This document shows positions 10,187 to 19,908 of a DNA stretch of 64,000 nt, piece by piece. Source of the DNA: an uncultured Gammaproteobacteria bacterium (GTDB lineage: Bacteria; Patescibacteriota; Microgenomatia; CAZETR01; Amesbacteraceae); the NCBI GenBank assembly GCA_964356225.1, contig CAYHGA010000001.1, positions 104,220 through 168,219 on the forward strand, written 5' to 3'. Every line of letters starts with the position of its first letter. The first letter of the stretch is position 1. The notes below the pieces were generated by a model that had not been told where the DNA came from, ran no database searches, and saw only the letters and a program-made list of their open reading frames with translations. Position numbers and translations under genes: made by a program.

Positions 10187-11076
10187 AGAACTTAACGTTG
10201 TACGCGGGGCTAATTTTTACGGGAAACGTGGCTTCCAGTCTTTTGTGGTGGAGCAATTTTTGGATGGTAACTGAGGCGATATTGGCTTTTACGCTGGTGG
10301 CGATTTCAGTTTACTTTTTGAATGATCTGGTGGACATTAAGGGTGATCAGGCACACCCATTTAAAAAATTTCGGCCGGTGGCAATGGGGAGAATTTCCAA
10401 ATCGACGGCGATGGTGGTATTTCTAGCGGCGGGGGCAGTGGGTTTGGGATGGGCCAGGTCCCTATCTCCCCTTTTTTTCCTGATTGTTTTAGGGTATTGG
10501 GCGCTGCAGATTTTATATTCGCTAGTACTGAAAAACATGGAAGTGGTCGATGTGTTTGTTATCGCTTTGGGTTTCTTTTTGCGGGTGCTGGCGGGAGCGA
10601 TTGTAATTAACGCCCATCTGTCCATTTGGTTTTTGCTATGCGTAATTTCTGTGTCACTCTTTTTGGCAGCGGGAAAACGCCGGGCAGAGTTGGCTATTCT
10701 CACGGAGAAAAATGCTGCGGCCCACCGTAAAGTGATGGGGAAATATACAACAGATATCCTGGACCAATACGTAGGGATGTTTGCTACATCTTCTTATCTT
10801 TCCTGGGCGCTGTATACCTTTAATTTTTACGAGCAGGCACCGTCACTTGTACCGTCGTCTTTGATATTGCTGTCACGAACTTTAACTATAAATAAATGGC
10901 TGATGGCAACAATCCCGGTGGTGATTTTTGGCATTATGCGCTATATCCGCATCATATATGACGGAGCGCGGGCGGAAACTCCAGAGAAAGTGATCTTGTC
11001 TGATTTGCCACTACTAATGTCAGTGGCGATATGGGGAGCGATGGTGGTAGCGGTGTTATATTTGGGACCAATCTAA
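10132..11076 (+). CDS. UbiA-family prenyltransferase, decaprenyl-phosphate phosphoribosyltransferase (DPPR synthase)-like
   Basis: The RPRQWVKNLTLYAGLIFTG motif is diagnostic of the DPPR-synthase branch of the UbiA superfamily. The NDLVDIKGDQAHP region serves as its Asp-rich motif. 8-9 TM helices. Start chosen at MVARIF, which overlaps the upstream gene by about 55 bp. Confidence 0.6.
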   Translation: MVARIFDLFKTARPRQWVKNLTLYAGLIFTGNVASSLLWWSNFWMVTEAILAFTLVAISVYFLNDLVDIKGDQAHPFKKFRPVAMGRISKSTAMVVFLAAGAVGLGWARSLSPLFFLIVLGYWALQILYSLVLKNMEVVDVFVIALGFFLRVLAGAIVINAHLSIWFLLCVISVSLFLAAGKRRAELAILTEKNAAAHRKVMGKYTTDILDQYVGMFATSSYLSWALYTFNFYEQAPSLVPSSLILLSRTLTINKWLMATIPVVIFGIMRYIRIIYDGARAETPEKVILSDLPLLMSVAIWGAMVVAVLYLGPI

Positions 11077-11079
11077 AGA

Positions 11080-11928
11080 TTATTCAAACTTGTCGGCGTA
11101 CTGGGCTGAAATCCAACCGGAGGAAGTGGCGTTAAGATCGACCTTGATGCGATACCAACTGGGAATTTTTTCCAAGAGCGGATACTTTTCTCCGGGCTTG
11201 ACTCGACCTATCTCTTTGGCGCCGGTATTGGGTTCCTGGCGGACCCGCAAGAATCCGGTGGGCGTGTCTTTGATCTCTACGTATGGTTTTTTCAAAGTGG
11301 CGGAGGCGGTGCCTTCTGGTGTGGGAGAGGGAGATGGTGTAGATAGGCTGGCTAGTTTGACGTTGACGTTGAGCTTGTAACCTAAGACCGCTTTGGCGGA
11401 AACGGTGCGGGTGGTAAAACCGGGGGCTGAAACATTAATCTGGTGGTCGCCGGCGGGGATAGAAGGAATAAGAAGCGGAGAAAATCCTTGGGGCTGACCA
11501 TCAAGAGTAACTGAAGCGGAATCCGGACTGGAGGTAATGACGGCCAGACTTGCCACCCGCCTGCCGGCAGGCAGGGATTGGGGTTCAAGGTTGACCACTT
11601 CGCCTGAAGAAGTGAGATCGGAGCCACTAAAATCCCGTTTGACCACGGTATAAGTATTGGCGGTGAGGCGAACTTTGGTTTGGTATGAGGTCAGAGATAA
11701 GGAGGTTGAAGTGGGAATCAGTTTAAGAGTTATTTCGCCAGGCATAAAAATTTTCTCCAGGGGTGCCTGGCCTAGCTGGACATTGTCTACATAAACTAAG
11801 GAGGTGGGAGTAGATTCGACACGCAGGCCAGCGTTGGGCTTCTTGCTCTGGAAGTAGCTAAAAACACCAAAGCCGATGGCGCCGGCCCCGGCCAGGATTA
11901 AAATTATGGCAATGATTTTCTTTCCCAC
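11080..11928 (-). CDS. membrane-anchored surface protein, PEGA/SH3b-like C-terminus
   Basis: N-terminal TM anchor (IIAIILILAGAGAIGFGVF), beta-rich Ser/Thr-rich ectodomain. The C-terminal IPSWYRIKVDLNATSSGWISAQY resembles bacterial SH3 domains. Confidence 0.35.
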   Translation of the reverse strand: MGKKIIAIILILAGAGAIGFGVFSYFQSKKPNAGLRVESTPTSLVYVDNVQLGQAPLEKIFMPGEITLKLIPTSTSLSLTSYQTKVRLTANTYTVVKRDFSGSDLTSSGEVVNLEPQSLPAGRRVASLAVITSSPDSASVTLDGQPQGFSPLLIPSIPAGDHQINVSAPGFTTRTVSAKAVLGYKLNVNVKLASLSTPSPSPTPEGTASATLKKPYVEIKDTPTGFLRVRQEPNTGAKEIGRVKPGEKYPLLEKIPSWYRIKVDLNATSSGWISAQYADKFE

Positions 11929-11970
11929 GCGTAAATAATACCATAACTGATGGTAAAATTAGGCAGTTTT

Positions 11971-12044
11971 GATCCGGTGGTGAAGTAGTCTAACACGACG
12001 GTCCGCAAAACCGTTATCCGCGGGTGCGAATCCCGCCCGGATCT
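11971..12044 (+). tRNA. tRNA-Cys (anticodon GCA)
   Basis: Manual fold. Acceptor GATCCGG/CCGGATC, anticodon stem ACGGT/ACCGT with loop CCGCAAA, T-arm GCGGG-TGCGAAT-CCCGC, discriminator T. The D-stem is short. Confidence 0.55.
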
Positions 12045-12080
12045 CAAATAATATATACTTCGTGCTTTCTTCGGTTCGAG

Positions 12081-12109
12081 TTGACATAGGGCATTCTATA
12101 GGTTATACT
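12081..12109 (+). promoter_or_regulatory. sigma70-like promoter: TTGACA-N17-TATACT
   Basis: A perfect -35 hexamer and a near-consensus -10 hexamer with a 17-nt spacer, about 60 bp upstream of the M23 peptidase start. Confidence 0.45.
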
Positions 12110-12169
12110 GCAAAGCAGTTCTCCCCAGTATATGAGGGAGAATTTTTTTTGGGCTAAAGGCCCACTAAT

Positions 12170-12760
12170 ATGTGGAAGAAGCTGACAAATTGGGCGACAG
12201 GCGTGCTGGCAAAGATGAGTCGGCTGGCTAGACCGTGGGCGGCCCACAAGGGCTTGAAGCGAAGTTTGGGGCTGGCGATAGCAGTTTTGGCTATAATTGC
12301 GGCCGTTTGGGGACCTTTTCCGTCTTCGGCTGAGGGGACTGGAGGGAAACTGGAATTGGCCGTTTTACCTGAAGGGGAAGTGGAAGTGCAAACCGTGGAG
12401 GCGGCGCATGTGCCTGTAGAGGATTACCGCGTGTCTCAAGGTTACTGGTGGTTGCATCCGGGGATGGATTTGGCAGCTAAGATGGGCGAACCGGTGTATG
12501 CGGTAGCGGCCGGCAAAGTGGAATATGTGGGCCGGGATAGATTTGGCTATGGAAATCACGTGATTATCAACCACGGAGAATACCAATCTTTGTATGGTCA
12601 TTTGTCTAAAATTGAAGTGGTGGAGGGCCAAGAAGTGACTAAAGACACGAAAATTGGATTAGTGGGTTCTACCGGACATTCTACAGGGCCACATTTGCAT
12701 TTGGAAATCCGGGAGGGAAACAAAACCGTCAATCCCCGCTCCGTGCTGGAGATTAAGTAA
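12170..12760 (+). CDS. M23 family metallopeptidase (LytM domain)
   Basis: Signal/TM segment. HPGMDLAA (HxxxD), GNHVIINHG and GPHLHLEIRE (HxH) motifs are typical of the M23 family. Confidence 0.75.
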   Translation: MWKKLTNWATGVLAKMSRLARPWAAHKGLKRSLGLAIAVLAIIAAVWGPFPSSAEGTGGKLELAVLPEGEVEVQTVEAAHVPVEDYRVSQGYWWLHPGMDLAAKMGEPVYAVAAGKVEYVGRDRFGYGNHVIINHGEYQSLYGHLSKIEVVEGQEVTKDTKIGLVGSTGHSTGPHLHLEIREGNKTVNPRSVLEIK

Positions 12761-12910
12761 AACGGCAACTTTTTGTTATTCTTAAGGTCTTTTCTCCATG
12801 AGCCGCTTCAAAAAGTAATTTATCCCCTGGTACAACTCCCAACAGCGTTCTAGCCTCTCTAGGAATGGTGACTCTTCCCTTGGAAGTAAGAATCTACGTT
12901 CTTGTCGTGT

Positions 12911-13471
12911 TCATGTTGTAGCTTTTATTTTATCAAGTAATTGAGGAAATTGGGTATAGCCGGATTCGGCGTTGAAATGACCAGCGTTGGGGACAAGAAT
13001 AAACTCTGCTGAAAGCCGGTCGGCAAAGTCGCGAGCGATATCTAACGGCACATAAGGATCGTTGTCACTAGCAAAACAAACAAATTTTTGGCAATTTTTC
13101 TTGACTTTGTCCCAATCTGCTCCCAAGTCATCAAAGGGGTCGTTTAAAGTTGGGAATGGTTCTTCTGTTACTGGAAGATGCCTAACAAAACCGGCCACGA
13201 AAAAACAGGCACAAATGGGTGATGTGCGGGTCTGGATGTATTGGCAGACGGCTAAGGGCGAACGACTGTGGGCAACAAAGATGAGATCTGTGCCAGCCAA
13301 ATTCTCTACTAAATCGGCAATGACTTTAACCCAATTTTGGGGAGTTTGGCCCTCAGGGGTAGGAAGCTGGGGACGAATGGTTGTATGGCCCAGTTTTTCT
13401 AACTCCCCGACCAACCAAGGAAACCAGTTTTCATTTGGAGACCCTAAGGTACCGTGAAGGATAACAAATTT
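12911..13471 (-). CDS. alpha/beta hydrolase, YdeN/RBBP9-like serine hydrolase
   Basis: MKFVILHGTLGSPNENWFPWL start. Nucleophile elbow in FVAHSRSPL. About 186 aa, typical of this family. Confidence 0.5.
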   Translation of the reverse strand, partial: KFVILHGTLGSPNENWFPWLVGELEKLGHTTIRPQLPTPEGQTPQNWVKVIADLVENLAGTDLIFVAHSRSPLAVCQYIQTRTSPICACFFVAGFVRHLPVTEEPFPTLNDPFDDLGADWDKVKKNCQKFVCFASDNDPYVPLDIARDFADRLSAEFILVPNAGHFNAESGYTQFPQLLDKIKATT

Positions 13472-14067
13472 CATTCTTGAGGCAATTTTAGCACTGCGGA
13501 TTTGGCAGAAGTCAAATCGATCCATTTCTCAACATAAATTCCAAGAGTTTGAGCTACTTTGATATTCTCGTCTGAGTCATCGAAATAAATGCATTCTTCC
13601 GGTTTGAGATGATTTTCGGATAAAATAAGTTGCAAGGCTTCTATCGATGGTTTGACAAGACCGGTTTCCCAGGAAAAATAGGCTTTATCCACGCATTGAA
13701 AAATTTGGGGAAAATTCTTTCTGTAAAATTCCGTTCTTTCTTTGAAATTATTAGAGAGAATAAAAACTTTAATCCCCTTGTTTCGAAGACACACAGCATA
13801 TTCGACCAATTCGGGCACTAGATGTTCTCCGGAAAACCAGAAGTCAAAAAATTGCTGTTCGGTTAGGGGAACTTGCCATTGATCTAAGTACGGTTTCCAA
13901 AGAGAGAAAGCTGCTGGGGCATCTGGCTGTCTAACAACAACCATTATTTCTTTGAGAGCGGGAAGAAATAAATCTTTGGCTACGTCAAACTTTTCTTCAA
14001 ATCTGCTACTCAGCGGTTCACTTAGCAGAAAAACGCCATTGAGGTCGAAGATGACGGCTTTAAACAT
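13471..14067 (-). CDS. HAD superfamily hydrolase
   Basis: Motif I at the N-terminus (MFKAVIFDLNGVF). The C-terminal YFDDSDENI is motif IV. Confidence 0.6.
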   Translation of the reverse strand: MFKAVIFDLNGVFLLSEPLSSRFEEKFDVAKDLFLPALKEIMVVVRQPDAPAAFSLWKPYLDQWQVPLTEQQFFDFWFSGEHLVPELVEYAVCLRNKGIKVFILSNNFKERTEFYRKNFPQIFQCVDKAYFSWETGLVKPSIEALQLILSENHLKPEECIYFDDSDENIKVAQTLGIYVEKWIDLTSAKSAVLKLPQE

Positions 14068-14130
14068 GAGATAATTTTAGCACGATGGGTTTGGTATCAA
14101 ACTAGATCAAAAAGGCGTGGCCTTTCGAGG

Positions 14131-14409
14131 CTAGGCGAGGCGGGCGCGGTGGGTAAGAATGTTGGCCCAAGTGAAGGCGGTTTCTGCCCAATCCGGGTCG
14201 CTGGGAGGAGTGGATTTAAGGCGGGAATAGTCTTTAATAAAACTCTCATAAGTAGAGGTAAAACCGGGATTAAACCCGTGAAGTTGGTCGAGATAGTTTT
14301 GAGTATCGGCTAAAAATTGGGGAATGCGGTCAGTTTTGGCTTCGTGACTCCATCTGCCCAAACGCCCTAAATTGACGGCGATGTTTAAGACTAAATCCCG
14401 AGCGGTCAT
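14131..14409 (-). CDS. hypothetical protein
   Basis: 92 aa ORF coupled to the upstream ORF by an ATGA overlap. No recognisable motif. Confidence 0.3.
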   Translation of the reverse strand: MTARDLVLNIAVNLGRLGRWSHEAKTDRIPQFLADTQNYLDQLHGFNPGFTSTYESFIKDYSRLKSTPPSDPDWAETAFTWANILTHRARLA

Positions 14410-14735
14410 AGAGGTAAGAATTTCTTGATGATTACTTCGATCTTCTGGCGCAAGGTGAGGTCAAGAACTTCCCGGCTGGAGTTTTGGGGAGGGCGGATGT
14501 TGATCATGGAATCAAAATCTGTTTCTTTGGATAAAGTATCAAATCCCCCGCCCCACAAATCCGCTTGATGGCTACCATTTGTTAATAACAATTGCTCGCC
14601 TTCGAAGTGGCGCAAGCCTCCGATGGTCACAACTTGACGGACGGTGTCTACCACGAACTTAATATAGCCATTTAAGTCTTGGGCTGCCTCCTTGATCTGA
14701 TCGGAAGTGGCCGGCTGTGTAAGCAAAATCACCAT
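14406..14735 (-). CDS. hypothetical protein
   Basis: 109 aa ORF with a compact hydrophilic fold. No family recognised. Confidence 0.3.
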   Translation of the reverse strand: MVILLTQPATSDQIKEAAQDLNGYIKFVVDTVRQVVTIGGLRHFEGEQLLLTNGSHQADLWGGGFDTLSKETDFDSMINIRPPQNSSREVLDLTLRQKIEVIIKKFLPL

Positions 14736-14760
14736 GAGACGATTTTAACACCAGGAGTGA

Positions 14761-16700
<1,940 letters not shown>

Positions 16701-16734
16701 AGATTGCTAGCAATATATACCAAATGAGGCTAAA

Positions 16735-16755
16735 GGTTGTCAAGGGGGAAGATGA
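16735..16755. repeat. direct repeat copy 1 (GTTGTCAAGRGGGAWGATGA) flanking the RelE cassette
   Basis: The sequence ggttgtcaagggggaagatga appears again at 17324-17346 as agttgtcaagagggatgatatgg. Its reverse complement carries a TTGACA -35 hexamer for the minus-strand groES promoter (TTGACA-N18-TATATA). Confidence 0.5.
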
Positions 16756-16759
16756 AAAA

Positions 16760-17032
16760 TTATTTCCGATAGACCTCGTCGTGGGTGCCAAGTTTGTAGA
16801 AATAAGCTTTTCCGGGCGGAGTCAGGGTATAAATTAAGCGGAGATTTGGACCTACGGATATGCTCCATGAATCATCTAGACTTCCTGCAAGCTTATGCAG
16901 CCTTAATCCCGGGTGCCGGGGATTTACCATAAAAATATCGAGTTGTTTATAAATTTTGTTGGCTAACTTAGCATCTCTGGCCACAAATTCTTTCAGTTTT
17001 TGCTTAACCTTTTCAGATAAAACTAATTCCAT
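16760..17032 (-). CDS. RelE/ParE-family type II toxin
   Basis: 90 aa. The C-terminal LHKLAGSLDDSWSISVGPNLRLIYTL...YFYKLGTHDEVY matches the RelE/ParE core. It is adjacent to a small upstream partner ORF. Confidence 0.5.
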   Translation of the reverse strand: MELVLSEKVKQKLKEFVARDAKLANKIYKQLDIFMVNPRHPGLRLHKLAGSLDDSWSISVGPNLRLIYTLTPPGKAYFYKLGTHDEVYRK

Positions 17033-17034
17033 TT

Positions 17035-17298
17035 TTAGAGAGAAGCGAAGAATTTCTTTAGGTCCTTTTGGGTACTGATGGTTGTGGCCTTGCCAATATT
17101 AGCCATGGCTTCTTTATAGGCCTCTTCTGTTCTAGTGGAAGCATGAAAGACAGGATATTCTTCTTTTTGGGCTTTTTCGACGATTAGGTGTTTGACTACT
17201 TGGGTTACGGGTAAACCCAGCCTGCTGGACTGACCTAGTAAGAAATCGTAGAGTTGACTGCTGAGACTCAGTCTTAACTGTATCTGGCCTGTGTTCAT
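17035..17298 (-). CDS. putative antitoxin partner of the RelE-like toxin
   Basis: 87 aa ORF lying 2 bp upstream of the toxin on the same strand. It has its own TTGACA/TACAAT-like promoter. Identified by gene order only. Confidence 0.4.
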   Translation of the reverse strand: MNTGQIQLRLSLSSQLYDFLLGQSSRLGLPVTQVVKHLIVEKAQKEEYPVFHASTRTEEAYKEAMANIGKATTISTQKDLKKFFASL

Positions 17299-17323
17299 AC
17301 TTACATTGTACTTACTTTAGCCT

Positions 17324-17346
17324 AGTTGTCAAGAGGGATGATATGG
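17324..17346. repeat. direct repeat copy 2 flanking the RelE cassette
   Basis: See copy 1. The sequence is agttgtcaagagggatgatatgg. Confidence 0.5.
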
Positions 17347-17365
17347 TTTATAAGAAAAGTTACAA

Positions 17366-17689
17366 ATGGCAAGAGAGTTTAATAGTCCCGAGGAAGCCCA
17401 ACTGGCTGCCGCGTGGGAAAAGGAATTTGAAAATGAGAAACGCAATGGGGGGGGAAATCTGTTGGTAGAGCTTTTAGTTTATTCCAGATTTTGGAGCAGA
17501 CGAGAGTTTGGTAAGAAGAGAAAAACGGCAATACTAGTTGAGCTTGTAGGCGAGCGTGGGAACGGAAGACGGTATACGCTTAAAAATGGGGAGTTACCAC
17601 GACAGTTGCAACAATTTGTTGAGTGGGAGTTAAAAACTGATGATTACGATAAGGTCGTGGAAAATTTAAGAAGAGTGGGAAAGAGATAA
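17366..17689 (+). CDS. hypothetical protein
   Basis: 107 aa basic protein with no recognisable motif. A TTGTCA-N17-TATAAG promoter-like element lies upstream. Confidence 0.3.
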   Translation: MAREFNSPEEAQLAAAWEKEFENEKRNGGGNLLVELLVYSRFWSRREFGKKRKTAILVELVGERGNGRRYTLKNGELPRQLQQFVEWELKTDDYDKVVENLRRVGKR

Positions 17690-17712
17690 AAGAGAGATTG
17701 ACCAGGAGGGAC

Positions 17713-18507
17713 TTATTGTTTGTGGGGGTGAAAGAAGGCGAAGCCGGGACCGACTTTTTCAGAGGTCATTTTGGGTTTCATATACAGATACTGTGGGACA
17801 AAAAATAAGAAATTGATTGGCCACAGTATCCAATTTTTAATTTTTAATTTTAAATTTTTAATCAAATTCAAATTTTTAATTTTTAGACTTTCCCGATATG
17901 CTACCGGCAAATATTTTTTGACCCAGGAGTTTTGAGTTAAAAATTGATTATGAATATCGGAGCGATCCCATAAGACTTTGGCTTGAAGAATTTCGTGAGC
18001 AATATACAAATTTTTAGTTTTTAATTTTAAGTTTTCAGTGTCTAGCCAGAGATTGTCGCAAATTTGGTTATTAGTTAATAGTTCATAGTTCATAGTAGAC
18101 GGATGACGCCGGATACCCAGAAGTTTTAAATAAATTACTACGAAAAAGCGGGTGAGCCAGAGAGTGTGGGGATAAGTCACTATCATTAAATCTATATCGT
18201 CGTTTTCCGGGCAATTGTTCATGGTCAAGGCACCGGTGACAAAAATTGCTGCGATAGGGGGAAATTTTTTTAGTTGCTCTCCTACTCTCTTGGCAATTAG
18301 CCATTTCTTCCTACTGAACCGCTCTCGTTGCTTACGGGTTTTCCAATTTTTAATTTTTAATTTACAATTTTTAATCAAATTCAAAATCTTAATTTTCGAA
18401 AACGAGGTGCTGTGTTGCCAATACCAGAGCTCGTCTGCGGTTAGAGGATAATCGTATTTGTCAAAATAGGAGAGGGTTTTACTTAGAGATGGGGGAAGCG
18501 AGGCCAT
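17713..18507 (-). CDS. nucleotidyltransferase-domain protein
   Basis: A GS...DIDLMIV minimal nucleotidyltransferase signature (VTGALTMNNCPENDDIDLMIV). Several TTTTTAA heptamer micro-repeats lie in frame, encoding K/I/N-rich stretches. Confidence 0.4.
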   Translation of the reverse strand: MASLPPSLSKTLSYFDKYDYPLTADELWYWQHSTSFSKIKILNLIKNCKLKIKNWKTRKQRERFSRKKWLIAKRVGEQLKKFPPIAAIFVTGALTMNNCPENDDIDLMIVTYPHTLWLTRFFVVIYLKLLGIRRHPSTMNYELLTNNQICDNLWLDTENLKLKTKNLYIAHEILQAKVLWDRSDIHNQFLTQNSWVKKYLPVAYRESLKIKNLNLIKNLKLKIKNWILWPINFLFFVPQYLYMKPKMTSEKVGPGFAFFHPHKQ

Positions 18508-19906
18508 ACTGGGATAATACCTGATTTATCCCGGTGCTTAAAGTTTTAACGGCTTCGGAGGGTGAGCGGCCCTGGTTGACTGAATTGACGGCGGTGGCAA
18601 AATGAGCCGAAAGACGGGTATTGATACCAGTGGGGCCGTCGAAGGTGTCACTGGCCAGATACCAGGAACGGGCGTATTGGGCTTGGGAGATGAAGGGGCC
18701 AGCTAATGGGTCAGAAGATAAAGATGAGGCCAGGTCTGTGCGACTGTAGGGCTCGCCGAAAGAACGCCCTGAAATTACAGCTTGCTGGTAGAGCTTGGCC
18801 AATGAATCTTTAGAGGACAAAAACTTTAAGAATTCCCAGGCGGCAGGGGCGGTGGGACTTTTTTTATTGACTCCCTCTACCCAATAACTGGCCCAAGTAA
18901 TGGGCTTTTCACCACGGGCGGGGTCAAGAGGAAGTTGAGGAACCGGATGAATTGAAAATTTAAGTTGGGGGTTGATAGCCTTGAGGTCGAAAGCCCGCCA
19001 GGAAGGGGCGAAGTAGATGGCCAGTTTACCAGTGGCGAAGCTTATGGTGGATGGGGGAAGAGTAGAATCCCAAGTGTGGTCAGAGCGGGTAAAGACGGTG
19101 TAATAAGATAGGGCATCTTCGGCTGATGAGCCGGCCGGAAGGTTGAGGTTGACGTTATTTTGGAGCATGAGGACGGCCAAAATATCCTGCCAATGGTCGA
19201 CGTTGTCAGTGGTGCCTAAGGCCGCTCCGGAAATGAGAATGCGGTCGCCGGTGGAACAGGTGCCGTCTGCAGAATCACAAACAGAAAGGGCTTTGGCGGC
19301 AGAACGTAAATCTTCCCAAGAAGCGGGGACAGACTGGCCAGACTTGGCCAATAAATCATCGTTCACAAACATAGCCAAGCCGTCAATTTCTAAAGGAACT
19401 GCCATATAATTTCCGGAGAGCCGGAGGTCGGATTTGGCTGTGGGATAAAAGGTGGACTCGAATTCGGAAGCCGAATAAACCGTGGGGGGGACGGGAGAAA
19501 GGTCGTTTTTAAACATAGGGATCCACGAATTATGAATACGGAAAATATCCGGACCTTTCGACATGCTGAGAGCTGTCTGCAGACGCTCACGGTACTCGCG
19601 GGGAGATTGAAAAACATAATTAATTTTAATTTTAGGATGGGCTGTTTGATATTCGTCGATTAAAGGTTTAATGATCGATTCTGATTCCCAAAGGCCCCAG
19701 TAAGTAAGTTCAACCTTTTGGGATTTCTTGCTCAGTTGGAGAAAAAACCTGGCTGCAAAAAGGCCGGCGACGATGAGTACTAAAATTACGATTATGGGTA
19801 TTATCTTTCCAGCAAGGGAGGATTTCTTGGGCGGGAGCGGGGAGGGGGTGGCAGGTGGAGGGACTAGTGGCTGGGAAGGAAGATCCATGAGTCCAGTATA
19901 ATACAA
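18479..19906 (-). CDS. extracellular solute-binding protein (ABC-type, family 1), membrane-anchored
   Basis: N-terminal TM anchor. The LTYWGLWESE...HPKIKINYV region is typical of sugar-binding SBPs. No adjacent permease. Confidence 0.5.
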   Translation of the reverse strand: MYYTGLMDLPSQPLVPPPATPSPLPPKKSSLAGKIIPIIVILVLIVAGLFAARFFLQLSKKSQKVELTYWGLWESESIIKPLIDEYQTAHPKIKINYVFQSPREYRERLQTALSMSKGPDIFRIHNSWIPMFKNDLSPVPPTVYSASEFESTFYPTAKSDLRLSGNYMAVPLEIDGLAMFVNDDLLAKSGQSVPASWEDLRSAAKALSVCDSADGTCSTGDRILISGAALGTTDNVDHWQDILAVLMLQNNVNLNLPAGSSAEDALSYYTVFTRSDHTWDSTLPPSTISFATGKLAIYFAPSWRAFDLKAINPQLKFSIHPVPQLPLDPARGEKPITWASYWVEGVNKKSPTAPAAWEFLKFLSSKDSLAKLYQQAVISGRSFGEPYSRTDLASSLSSDPLAGPFISQAQYARSWYLASDTFDGPTGINTRLSAHFATAVNSVNQGRSPSEAVKTLSTGINQVLSQYGLASPISK

Positions 19907-19908
19907 AT

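Noticed and set aside
16702-16716. Perfect 10-bp palindrome TTGCTAGCAA between the groES start and the RelE-like gene; considered as a CIRCE/HrcA operator
   Set aside because: It does not match the CIRCE consensus (TTAGCACTC-N9-GAGTGCTAA).

It is more likely a small terminator or operator for the TA cassette.
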